From the NCBI GenBank assembly GCA_964035545.1, contig OZ037770.1, forward strand, positions 13,568,642 through 13,632,641: a stretch of 64,000 nucleotides of DNA, written 5' to 3'. A program made the translations under genes and the position numbers. Source of the DNA: Bugula neritina (taxonomy: Eukaryota; Animalia; Bryozoa). Shown here one piece after another: positions 11,538-24,700 of this stretch. A model generated the notes under the pieces. That model saw only the letters and a program-made list of their open reading frames with translations, had not been told where the DNA came from and searched no databases. Every line of letters starts with the position of its first letter. Position 1 is the first letter of the stretch.

Positions 11538-14500
11538 CTATAATTTCTTCTCCACTTCAGTCAGAGCCGGCTGGCTGGAGCTCTCCAACTTCTCTATCTC
11601 TGCTGCTGCTGCCGCAAACTGCTGCCTTATCTCTTCTCTCTCAGCATCACTACACATGTGACTGGAAAACACAGCACACGCAGTCTATGCCTGGCTGTTG
11701 CTGATGTGAAGTCTCACCGAATATAACACTCAACAAGTTTCAAAGCACATGAAATCCAGAGATATTATAAAATATCTGTTATGCATTGAATGGCTACAGA
11801 TTCTACTTTGACCCGACAATTAATTTAAACTAGAGTTATCTTCTCTACACTATAAAACACTATATTGCTATCACAATATATTATATACTTATATACTATA
11901 TTACTATAATGTACTATATTATCACACACTACATTATATTATTATATTACTATAATATTATACTCACTAGAAGTGAATGAACCGGTAGCCCTGCACACAT
12001 TGAGCACTTGCATTAGTGGAGTGACATGCAAACAGCAGCCAATTCCTAGGTTGGACTTTGTATGCAAACCTTATGAAGAGCAGGGAGTAGATTCCTAAGG
12101 CTATGAAATGTACAGAAAAGTGGTTATAAAGACTTCTAGAACTTTCTTTATATGATAAACTAAAACTCAGTTCTACACCACAAGGGAAAGAGTGTATTAT
12201 GTCTTCAATCGCAATACAGTGCTCCGTCCATGTCTCACTAAGCTACGGGTCCCAAAATCTCAATTCATAAAATAGTAGAATATCATATTTAACTCATGGA
12301 TCCATTAAATCCGCCCATTTTGTCTCTAAACACACATAAAAAAACCAGAAAAACGGGTCGAAGCCCTTCCCGTGATCTAGGGAAATATTGAGGGAGAGCT
12401 GTATGAGTTGTAACGCCATCGGTGATTGGAGGAAAGTTTTATGAGGAAGTAACACAGTCGAGTACATACCTAATGTCATCTTTCCGCTGATAAACTCCGG
12501 ATCCTTCTTTACGTCAGCGATTGCTGCCAGAGGAAGTCCCCAATTGGCAACTGGACCCCAGAAGTGCTGCAACAACACAAAACACGATAAGTACTGGAAT
12601 ATTAAAATTTTTGTCTACAGCAGAATGATGAAATACTCTTGTCTAGACCTCAATGTAAGGATAATGAAATGCTCATGTACGACTATCTAGACATCATTGT
12701 GAGCGGAGAGTTGCACAGCATAATGAGTATAATATGAGTAATGAGTACATCCAGCTTTCTAAAATTGTAAAGTTTTCATAGCCAAAACCTTGGGATTCGG
12801 AGGTAGGGTGTAAAAGTGCCCCCTCCCCTCATTTTGTCATATGACAGGGGAATATTACACACAGACATGAAACATGTGGCAATTTCTTTTAATGCATTCA
12901 AGCAAGGCAATGCTCAGATCATCTGATGACAATAAATTCGCAGCCGATGATCATTAGTTTGGAATGAAAGACCTTTGACACATGAGGGCACAGTATTGTG
13001 TTTTATTGTACCACAATTATTGTGTACTTGTAGTTAGTTCAACTGCCAACATCAGCAAAATCCCAATAGATAGCAAGTAACAAGGCAACTAAAGCCATAT
13101 CTCCACTCATGTATTGATTGTCAGTCCAGAAAACTATTTTTCAGTTTGGGCTAGACAACTCTTAACATAGCCTAAGTGCAACTTTGCACCTACAGATGGT
13201 TCCTTATTGTAGATGGTGTAATTAACAACTTGGGTAATTCTACAAGGAAGTAACTGCCGTCTAAACAACTATTATTGTGCACTGAAGGAAAATATGTAGT
13301 GGATACAGCTTTCCTACAGCACAGAGCCTTAGTTTAGTATATTGTTTGACATGTCTATTTATTACCTAACCATTCTGAACATGACTTTGAAAGTATCGTC
13401 TAAACTTAGTTTTTTGGTCTTTAAATTCAAAATTTTCAACTGAAATGAATTAATATGAACAGGAGTAACAGCAAAATATAGCTAAATGGCTTGTACATCA
13501 GATCTAATGTCAAAATGGACGATTACAACTACCTATACAAATTGTCCATTTAAACTGAACCCATTTCCCACACTGCTGGAACCCGTACAGGCAATTATTA
13601 TATTACTATTGATACTTTACAATGTGTATTTCTCTATAGACAAAAAACTATTGAATTGAACTGCAGTTTTTTAGAAATTTAGATATTTAACATTTTACTC
13701 TCTCTAAAACACATGCCAGGTTATATGTTAAATGATTATATAATAAATGCATTCGCATAATCAGTACCTCTTTTCCCAAACTGACTGAGTGACTCTTTAC
13801 TTATCTTACCAATTCACTCAATGACTGAACCACTAACTCACTCACAGTCACTAACTGGCACACTAACAGTCACTAACTGACACAGTCACTAACTGGCACA
13901 GTCACTAACTGAAACATTCACTCACTAACTTTACTAGCCAGCAATGTGCCAGTGAACAGCAAGCAGCATGTCAATCACACATCTACAAATGCAGGCAGTA
14001 TAACTTGTGCCAGAATTTCACATCATCACAATGTGAATCTAACATTCAATATGAGGGTTACTCGCAAGCCGGCGTTACGAAACTTATCAATTTTCAAAAC
14101 ATAGCAGCAATATTAGGTGTGTTTGCACTGCAGTTAGCTTTTCAACCTGATAGCTTTCTCGAGTAGACATGCGGGTACATTGTGCCCGGTACACGTATTC
14201 AAAACCTCAAAAACACATCCATTTGCAAGGATGAGTTACCTTGGATCAGGCCATAGTGTTGAAAATTAATTAACCGTAGACTTGAGTGGCTTGTGAACTA
14301 ATAGTATAAGATGTAGTGGGGCTCTATTGGTGAGATACGTAATGCCCAGGGAACTACTTAGCATAATACTATGGGATAAGTGACTCTCTGCTTATCAAAC
14401 TCAATCCATCCAGGCTATGTGTGATGACGTCGAGCTATAGCCCGATATTCGTGCTCAAACTATTCTTGTGAGCAGGAGAGTGGAATATTGGTAACCGGTT

Positions 14501-16640
14501 TATTTATTTAGCATTTACAGTAGCCTATAAAATTGTGCCAAAGTATGAACCAAAAAACGGACATCTTCAAAACAACTATGTAAACCTTTTTTGGGAAAAT
14601 AAAACTTAAAATTGATACTTGAATTGTGACCCTGAATTAGAACCCCCTGGGATATATTAGCATAGCAGCCTCTTTGAAGTTTGACATAATGTAGTTATTT
14701 TGAAAATCTAATTATATTATTGACTGATTCACAATTAACCAATTCCTAAAACTCAAGTAGTTTAAGCAGCAAGAAGGCAAAGGCTTTTTATGATCAAGTT
14801 GCAAATGCATGATTAATCAGGGAATATTTTGTACTTTTAACTTTGGTAATTGAAAATTATTTTCTGAAGATTATTTTAGGAAATTAGGTTAATGGGAATC
14901 AGCAATATGAATTGTAACTATCAAATATGAATATATGAATATCAAATTCACTAACCGTGCTAAAATAGAGTAGAAGAAGTCTGAACATCTAAACTTTGGC
15001 AGCATTCTCAGCAGCATACAACAAAAGATAGCATAATTTTAGGCCGATACACACTCAGGATAGCAAAAGTGTTGCAGTATATACTAATAGGCTTCAATGT
15101 GTCAACCATATTGTACTATAAAACTATCAAGTTGGACTGGACACAGGGAGTCTAATAAAGAGTAGTGGCAGGGTCAAAGTTCAACACCTAAGGGAGTATG
15201 AAAAGCATACACTGCGTTTCCATTATCGCATTATGCGAATGGATTTTTTCATTCGGCTAATGAAACCGCAACTATAAGTTAATGCAAACCACAAACCACA
15301 AATAATCCGTACGAAGCATTCATTCGCATTATGCGCAGTCATGGAAACGCAGTGAGTGTCAGCCGAGCCCACAATGATAAAGAATGCTTCAAGTGCTGCC
15401 TTTGAATTCAATCTTCAAGCTAAAGACAACTTAGCTAAATGCATATTGTATAGAAATGATGAAAATGCTGCCGTAACATGGGCTGTACTATTACACAATA
15501 GTCGTTACTTCTTCATTGACTACTCAGCAATTGATTGGAGTCAGTCAATTGTATAATAACAAGAGAGCTGGTAGAAATTATTTACAAGTCACCCAACTAG
15601 TTAATAATGCTATGGGGCCCCTTCATTATTTAACAATCAATATAGTATTATTATTATAAAGTATTAGAAAACCACAATAATAGTATACTAAGACTGCATC
15701 TAAGGTTTCCTTTAGGGGGGGGGAACAGCACCATTACTAATAAGAAAAGCTAGCTAAGTAGGGTATTAATCATATAACTCAGCAAAGAAACCATCAAGAG
15801 TTTCTGGGAAAGATTTTATTTCCCCAATAAATAATACTTAGGCGTTTGGTGGAAGATACAGTTGATGGCTTTTAAGTTTAGAACAGCAAAGCTTTTTGGT
15901 TTTGGTTTTAAAGATTTTAGAGAATTGCAGTTACAAAATGAAATCAGTAGGAGGTGTAGTAGTACACCCGGGTAATAGCACAATAAAATTAAAACCACTC
16001 TCAACAGCTAAACTGTTTTAATGCCGTTCAATGTTAAATTTGCAAGTCCAAACATCAGTCAATCTCTTGGCATAATAATTTTAGCCCAACAAGTTAAGCT
16101 TGGTCTAACCCCAACCACACCCCCAGAAAAACCTGCAAGGTCAACAATCTAAAACTATGGCTAAGAAACCTGTTTTTAAGCTTCTTTCTAAATTGATTTG
16201 GTAATCATAAAACATAGCCTGCTATCATAATCAATTATCAACAGGCAAATGTAAAATACTTCATCAACCGAGTAAATTCAAGAAGAGCTTGCATCTGAAT
16301 ACTCTACAAACTAAAATTAAATTCTCAATACTTCCAAATAATTTTCATTTTATTTTCTTCTTCATAGTACAGGTACTCGTTGCACTAACTGACTAAGAGG
16401 TTTCTGGCTATTAAATGGATAAATTAATAATAACCACTAACTACAACAATTGACAAAGTAGAGAGAGCTTATCAGCTAAGAAAGGGGGACCAGTCACAGA
16501 CAAACATGTTAATCGACAACCCTGCTTACTAGCACGTAACATGTAACAATTCTAACAATCAATACATTTAATTTTATGATCACATACCTGCAAAAATATT
16601 TTATCCATTCATTCTGCATAGCACGTCTAAAAAATGCCAT
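11538..16640 (-). CDS. MPC1: Mitochondrial pyruvate carrier 1
   Basis: Exons 16640-16588 ([19 protein letters not shown]), 14959-14956 (4-nt CACG), 12566-12470 ([32 protein letters not shown]), 12100-11968 ([27 protein letters not shown]...QGYRFI), 11661-11538 (charged tail, TAG). Diagnostic MPC1 motifs [12 protein letters not shown] and [12 protein letters not shown]. Confidence 0.96.
13830..13935. repeat. Short tandem repeat (cacagtcactaactg) in an MPC1 intron
   Basis: Several copies of acagtcactaactg visible. Confidence 0.75.
15210..15354. mobile_element. MITE with perfect 14-bp terminal inverted repeats (CACTGCGTTTCCAT)
   Basis: cactgcgtttccat at 15210-15223 and atggaaacgcagtg at 15341-15354; an internal inverted cgcattatgcgaatg motif; related degenerate copy at 55687-56082. 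Confidence 0.75.
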
Positions 16641-17673
16641 GCTAAACCTGAGAGTGAGAGCGAACAGTAATAGGTCCAAGACTAGCACTATTAGAAGAAA
16701 CTTCTACAAAGTGCGAGATGGTTAGAATTAAAAGTATAATGTCCAGTACTAGTAATAGTAGACGTACTTTTAGTACACCTGTGTTATCAGTTATGTGTAG
16801 TAGTAATATTCGGCAAACTCGATCACTTGGTCTTAATAATTATACTAGTACTTCTCGTACTAGGTATCACTAGCAGTGGTACCGGTACTCAAAATGCCTA
16901 CTAGACTTAGAATACTAAGTCTAATTAGACTAATGCTTATACTGTAACTACAAATATAACTATCAACTTCAAGTTCAAGTAATTTTAATTTTAGAAGTAA
17001 CACCTAGTCTGACAGTCACAGTGACAATTCGAAGTCTCCCCAATTCTTGGGAATGGGTACGAACTCGTTTGAGCAGTAATGACTAGGGTTAGCGGAAGAT
17101 ATCAATTTAGTTGGCAACTAATCTCTGGACAAACTCTCAACAGTTCACCAAAGTGCAGCTACGGCGAGTTAGCGTTCCTGTTGTTACTTTGCAGCACCCC
17201 GGACTTCATTTAAATGCCGACAGTTCGGAAACATAAATAAAGCCTCAAACGCAATCACAGCTAAACGGTTTTTGCTAAAAAAAAAAAGCCAGCTGTTGTT
17301 TGATAATTTTTGTTTATTTTCATATGTTTAAAATTTTGTTCATTTTTTAGTTTTAATTATTTAAATCATTCACATTATTGCTTAGAACTTTAACGCAAAT
17401 TTTTAAAGAGAAAACTACTCCAAAGTTAGGTTTTTCCATGCTAGGAAAAACACCTATAAAGAAAACAATATATAATATTATAAATATTGTGCTTTGTGGT
17501 TTTAACTCATAACTTAAAAACACTCAATCTTACATCATAGATTAAACTTAAACGTCTAGAATAGAACTGAAAAAATGTTAGCTCAATTTAAATTTAGTTA
17601 CATATTTTAGCTCATGTGAGCAGCATATACTGTGTGTAGTGTTATAGTAGTTGCAGTAGTAATCATTCAATGT

Positions 17674-20243
17674 TTAGCTTTTTTCTCTGTAAAGTTGGTT
17701 AGAAAAGCTCAATTGATGACTGCTGGCAGTTTTGATGTTTCTGTAACAAAAATATTTTAAAATAAGTTCTAGCAATGCTCCATGATTCTTATTATTGGCA
17801 AGCAAGAAATCAATATCCCAAAATTTAAAGCCTTAAAAGAAATTTTAGTAACATTTTCAAATGAATCAGAAAAAAAGTTATGTTTGAATTTATATAATAC
17901 CTCTTCCTCATGACATAAATTGCAGACAATATAAAAGCCATTAGCAGGGAAAATACAAGTGAGGCGATTAATGTCATTGTTAGAATTCGCCAATTTCTAC
18001 CTACAAACAAATAGTGTAAAATTAGAACAAACTTTGATTATATTACAAAAAAGCAGCTACAGATGTCCAGATTGTCTAAATTCAATTGCAGTTTGTTTTT
18101 CTTTATCATTTACTGTGAATCTCAGTTGCATAAATGTTCTCCAAGTGCAAGCAGTAATAGAAAATACATAATTTTACCATTAATAAATTCAATTCTTGGT
18201 TTTACATACAATAAATGTAGTTGCAGGTAAAATAATAATGCTGTTTGCTGCGCCCACTCTATGGCAATTATATATTTGTGAAATATTCAAGTTGGAAATA
18301 AACGAAATGATGACTATACACAATCTGGTGCTTGGATCTTATCTAACCTTTTGACCTTTCACCAGGGCTAGGATGAGTATCATTCAAAATATTCAAGTTC
18401 ACTCAAGTCACTCAAGACTATTTTCTAGCTCAGCTAACTGATCTGACCTTGATTTCACCTTGGTAGGTTATATAACTACAGTTGGGGGAATGCTTTATAA
18501 GGCTTATTCTAGCTTGAGAAAGACACTTGAAGTTGTGTGCACTATTTTTTATAAAGTTATATATTCAGTAGAATTGTTTACTGGTGGTAGAGCTTGGTTT
18601 CTTACTTTCATGCTTGATCTCCACACGGACTTTCTTATTCCAATTTCCAGCTTTCCTTGTAGATCCTTCAGTACTGACCATTTGCTGGCTGGAGCCAGTT
18701 GCAGACGTAACTGGTGTTGAGGTAGGAGTAGTAGGAGAAAGGGTTGAGCTGGGACTGCTAGGAGAAAGTGTTGAGCTGGGACTGCTAGGAGAAAGTGTTG
18801 AGCTGGGACTGCTAGGAGAAAGTGTTGAGCTGGGACTGCTAGAAGAAAGTGTTGAAGTGGAACTCTCAGAGGGAAATGTTGTTTTACTGACATCAGGTGT
18901 CTTCGGATGAGAAACAGTGGTGGATTGGAGGGATGTAACATTTGAAATCCCCTCTGTGTGAGAAGTGTTGTAGATTGGAGATGCAGAAGTGGTGTTTGGA
19001 TGAGCAGTTGTGTCTAAAAGACATGTTGAAGCGTCGAGTTTAAAAAAGAGAAAAATCGTATCGACAGACCTAAGTTCAAGTAGCTAAAAAACTTAAATTT
19101 CAGAGTAAGCAGTAAACATGCTTTCAGCCATTAGTATGAATAATAACTCTGGCTTTACAGTGAATTGCTACTATTGTTTCCAATTTTACTCTTCAATTAT
19201 TCAAGAAATGTTTTTCCTTATCCTGTTTTGCAATTTGAAAGAGTATTTTAGAGATTAAAAAGGTCAGCTGCGCTAACCTACCTCTTTTCACAAAGCAAGT
19301 GTAGTAGATCATGGCCGAGTCTCTTAGCCGGAGCTCTTCTGGAGAAATACCAGGACTAGTGTTCCCACAGGTGGGAAATGTAAAGTTTTCCCACAGTGCT
19401 TTTCCGTTAACAATGTAGGCTGGTTTGCCGTAACTTTCTCGGTCTATGTATCTGTAGAAGGGATCTGACTTTGGCGTTCCGTAGAATTCACAACCCAGCT
19501 CTCTTCTGTAATTGCAACTCTTTTCCTGTGAGCGAAACACCACTACTTGGTAAACCTCAATCAGTTTTCCTGCAGGACACGCCATTCTCTCGTGATTGGT
19601 TCTCCCAAAACTGCATGTCAAAGCAAGTTCTGTTGAGCTTCCCCCTAAATAGTTTGATATACTAATTTATTAGAACTAAGGCTATGTTAATAACAGTATA
19701 GGCATCGTAGTTAAATCTATAAAATGTTTTAAAATATAGAATGTATTATATTATATTGTATTATGGTGTATTATTCATGCTATGTTATATTATATTATGA
19801 TATATATATATTATATTATATCACATTGCATTATGTTATATTATATTATATTTATGATATTATATTATACTATATTATTTCATATCATGATATGTTATAT
19901 TATATTATAGTACATTATATAATATGGCTTTATGATGTCTCATCAAAATCAAATAGCAATACAATTTTCTTTGCACATAGTTATTGTGTGTTTAACAAAA
20001 TTTATTCCAAAGCATATAATGAATAAGTTCAAAGGAAAGATCTGAATCTTCTTAACCTGTATATGGTACCATATAACCAGTTCTAAGTAATATAAAAATA
20101 TATTGTATTATATTTCTTTTATGACATCTTGACTCTACTCAACATAACTGAACAAAATGTTTCAAAGAAGGAATTGTTATTTTTAAATACTTACTTATGT
20201 GGAGAGCAGAAAATGTTAGTAATATAAGAGCAATAAAATTCAT
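17674..20243 (-). CDS. Type I membrane glycoprotein: signal peptide, Cys-containing SUEL/rhamnose-lectin-like domain, Ser/Thr/Pro mucin stalk, TM, short tail
   Basis: Exons 20243-20195 (MNFIALILLTFSALHI), 19644-19282 (LTCSFG...MACPAGKLIEV...C...C...FPTCG...MIYYTC), 19013-18606 (S/T/P-rich, 27-bp repeats STLSPSSPS), 18000-17901 (TM ILTMTLIASLVFSLLMAFILSAIYVM then RKR), 17740-17674 (NIKTASSHQLSFSNQLYREKS*). All phases are compatible. The lectin-fold assignment is tentative. Confidence 0.8.
18735..18855. repeat. Coding 27-bp tandem repeat (STLSPSSPS) in the mucin stalk
   Basis: gagctgggactgctaggagaaagtgtt about 4 times. Confidence 0.9.
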
Positions 20244-21730
20244 CTTTGTGAGCTCCTGAGTTTACAGCCTATAGATGAGTATAATTCAACACCAATGCTA
20301 CCTCCACAACCAATATGGTGTAAGTTTGATTATATAAAAGTTATGCAATCATTTTAAATCTCAAATATAAACTGTGCACTTTGCACCTCCTTATTAAAAC
20401 TATTGCTCTCAACCACAAAATATCAAGTACTATTCAGAGCTCTTAAAATATTTTATGGCCTCTTTATCCAGTGACTGAAATAGAATTCAAACTTGTCAAC
20501 ATATTGAATGCCAACGTTTTCATCATTCTAATTTTTAGATTTGACTTTTGTTGCAGCAAAATTTGAAGTTAAAAAAAGAAATTTGAATATAAAAGTGCAA
20601 GTGACTAATCAATTAACCAATCACAGACCATGATACAATACTTGGCAAATTACACCACATGATACATGCAGGTTGTCCAAGCAGCATGTCACAATGATTA
20701 TAGTAGGTTTATTTTACTGCTTTAATTGCTTCCTATTCTAAAATACGTGTGATATATCGTTTGAAAGCTACTCATTTAATATTCGGAGATTAAAGGAAAT
20801 ATAAAGAGTTATCTACTCATACCAACTTTTAAACTATAACTAATAAAATTTACCAACACATTCTGATCAAAAAGTTTTTTTTAATTTGACTGTTTGGTTT
20901 TAAAGCTCAAATTTCTAGTTGATGGGAAGGACAATATATAGTACGAATTACAATGGTATTAGCATACATGATATAACTAATAATTATAAATGAAAGATCA
21001 ACTGTTTTATTTTCTAAACTGCGAAAACAAAATAAGCTACTAGTATAAGTGCACAAGTTACTAAAACATAAATAATTATAAAACTACATTAAATAATGAG
21101 TACTAATTAATAATATTATGCAGCTAAAAATAATCATTACAACATTGGGTGGAAGATCTAAGCTGTATGCATGGCTAATAATAAATAATATAAATAGACC
21201 ACAATCCTAGAACGTTAGTCGGTACAATATCACAATGCATCGGAAGAGATCAAGTACAAAGGCTATGAAAACTGATTCACTGAGTTCAAGTGTGATAGAG
21301 ATCATGGGTGGAATGCAATAACTCGAGTAAACATAGAAAAGTGAGGCTTGATTCAAGTAAAAAATACATCAGTTAATGGCCCAGCAGCTTTAGTGCATAA
21401 TCTTTGGTAAAAAATATTTTATGCAAAATTAGAAATATTGACATAAAGAAAGTCATCATGCATACAAGGAAGGCATTAGTAAAAGAGCGTAACTGAATGT
21501 AAATAAACTATGGAATAAGATATACATACTCAAACTAGGTAGGTGGTTGTAAATATAAATGTAGAGAAAATTTCAATTATGCTAAACAAAATGAATTAAC
21601 ACCAAAAACGCTTACGGATGGAAATTTTAAATATCAATTAGTACTAGCTAGGAAACACAAATAAAACCGATAATGGCACACATGTGGATCACAGTCTATA
21701 AAGTTACACAGAGAACTCAGTCTTTGCTCT

Positions 21731-24700
21731 TCACTCCTTATAAAGTGGGGGATTGTCTCCTCGGTAATCATTGCTGTACGACTGCGGGGCGGTGTAACCT
21801 TGCCCGTCTGGTATGGAAATTATTCCACTAGCCTCTGGTCTGCTGTACGATCTCTTGGACTCTAAATAAACAAACTGGGAGTTAGCTTCTATCGTCATAG
21901 ATTAAATAACGCCAGTTTCTACTGGCTGTGTGGGAGAGAACAAGATAATGAAATGCATCGTTTTACAGTTGGTGCTGGCATGTAACAATGTGCTGCATGC
22001 AAAGCTACAGGCATAATTTGACTTTTGGTATCAAGTTTGAAAATTTATTACTAAATTGAAATCAATTACTTCATAATATTATTATAACTCAATGAGTCAT
22101 GACAATCAAATGCAACTGGCCAACTAAAAGTCCTGCAAACTTGAATTAAGTATACAGTTGCAGCAACAGCTTTTTAATGACTGAAGAAATAAGTCTTATT
22201 AAGCTACTTTTAATTAACCAAAATCAACAAATATTCTGTAACTGAAACTTAATCTTGTCGAATTATCAGCCGAGACAATATAATAGGGAAGTGCAGAATG
22301 GAGGCAGCGTAAAACTAAAATATGTGGACTAGCATAGCGGTAGAAAGCAAATCTATGGACATGCTGACAAAGTGTCGTAACATAAACTATTTTATATAAC
22401 TCATAGTATTACCCTTTTGATTAAATGCCCTGCGTAAACAATTATTTATTCAGATTAGCTTAAAACATAATTTGATGCGTTTAAACAGAATTTAGGTCTC
22501 CAAGTAAGAGACAAGAGTTGAAGGCTGTCCACAAAAGCCAGTATAATTAATAAATATTATGCATCTATTGTCAATATATCTGTTCACTAATGAGATGGTT
22601 AAATAGGATTGCGCAATACAACTAAGCAGTTGCTTTTAGTTTCTAAGTAAGACAGCTTCTTACCTCTCAGAGGTGCCAACTTTTTAGCCCTCTTTGATCT
22701 TCTAGTTACAGGCTGGCCTAAAAGAGAAATACACAAAAATGATTTGCGTTTCCTACTCAAAGCCCCAGCTTTTAAGAAGCTTATTTACAAATAACTAGCA
22801 CAATTTTAAGTGATGATGTCACATTATTAAAAAAGAAAAATTATGTGAAATTTAAAAACACTTTAGCAGTTGCCTTCTCGTGCTATTAACTCACCATCCT
22901 GGTCCAACTCAACTGGCCCTTGTTTCTTCTTCAACGGATTCGTGACAACATTTGAAGCATTGAAATGAGCAAAACTGTAGTGGCCGCTTTCGTTCAGATG
23001 AGTGCTTGTTGTTTGACCTACAAATCAGATATTCAACTGCTGTGCTCAGTTTTCTGAATAGCAAATAATCATTATAATCATTATAATCATTAACCTCTAC
23101 ACAAACTTGTATTAAAACGTATAATACTCAAGTATTATATTTACTATTATTACAAATATTTAAAAACAGAAGGCAGCATGCAGTGATAAGCATTAGAATA
23201 ATACAGCTAAGCTGACATGCACAAGAGCACACAATAAGAAGACAACTTCCGTCATACCATGATAACATCGTTGAGTAACTGCTTTAACAACTGTGTAAAA
23301 GGAATTAAATTGACAATCACTTTTTAAAAAAAACGTAACTGTTGAAGTATTTTAAAGCTTGTTGAAACTTTGTTTAATTTTTATCGAATTATTCAATACT
23401 AATGAACACATTTTAGTTTTTTAATTTTACTAACAAATATTAATTAATAATTTATGTATTAAACTATTAATCAGCTTTCACTGATTCAACTGAAAACCAA
23501 TAGTTTAAGTGAATTTCTCAGTTTTCACTCTGAATACCTCAAATTTACTTTTGTTAAATCCACTACTCAAGACATTCCTAACTTCCTCTAGCAGAACTAC
23601 CCCTCTCTCCCCCCCCGACCGCTCCTTACTACATCCACTACTAGTGACTCTCACCTCCAACACTCCCATTCTCATAGAAGTACTGAGTGGGAGGTTTAGT
23701 GTAGTAATGGCCATGAACTGCCTGAGGTGTATATTCATCACCGTACTCTATTGGTTTGGGCTCTAAAATAGAATACACATAAATATACATTTAGTGTAAA
23801 ATTATAATAAAATAAAACATAGTATATAAAACTATCATAGGTCTCAGAAAGTTTGCCACATCTTTTGCTTTCTTTAAATGACGAAATGATTAGCGACAAC
23901 TTCCTATAACAGACTACAAAAGTGTTGTGCGGGTTGATCTCACAGGAAGCTACAGGCAGAGTGCAGACGTAAATAGAATAAAAGACTACGTCATCTAAAA
24001 GCAGCCAGCCAATCCCTGAGTAAGCAAAGGTTAAACTCGGTCTAGGTAGCAGTGATACCCGGGTAAGAGTGAGACGCAGTCTAAGTAAGAGTGAGACTCA
24101 AGTAGCAGTGAGACTCGAGTAAGAGTGAGACTCGGCACACTTAGTAGAGACAGATGGATAGACAGTGGTTAGAGTTCCACTCTGACTACGGTTATTAGTG
24201 TCCATTCTATCACCGTGTCCAACCAACTCACTACGGAACATTTAATCACTCTGATATCTAACCATTTCCTGTAGTCACTGGCTGAGTAGACTGAGAGTAG
24301 AAGTAAGAGGGTATGTTGGTGGCCGGATCCGCATGCGTCCCTTCATAGTTGTAATGCGGCACATCAGTAGCCCAGTCCGAAATCTCTTTCGGCGGTAAGA
24401 CGGTGTGTGGTTTACGGCGCTTTCTTCTTTTAGTCAACGGTTTCGGAGGATATTGTATTTGGGACACAGAAAGGGCGTCTTGATTGGTCGATGGCCAAGG
24501 CTGATGTTTATAAGCCAGAGTTGGGCTGACAGCGGGGCTTATTGAGGTGCCTACGGTATACGGCAATGTTATTTCAATAGCCTACCTATTGCTTCCATAA
24601 TGAAGGAAGTAAATGATACAATGTATATGCTCTTACCACCAGCAATGATACAACCATTGAACTATAACCCTTATGGTTTCAGTTCAGTGGATACAACTAC

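Noticed and set aside
16345-16380. Plus-strand ttcttcatag|TACAG|gtact that looks like a microexon
   Set aside because: It is on the wrong strand for MPC1. The minus-strand CACG exon at 14956-14959 fits both the frame and the conserved STH motif.
18549-18941. ORF-track proteins with QHFLLAVPA or ELGLLGESV repeats
   Set aside because: Alternative frames of the 27-bp repeat. Splice phases select the Ser/Thr/Pro frame (19013-18606).
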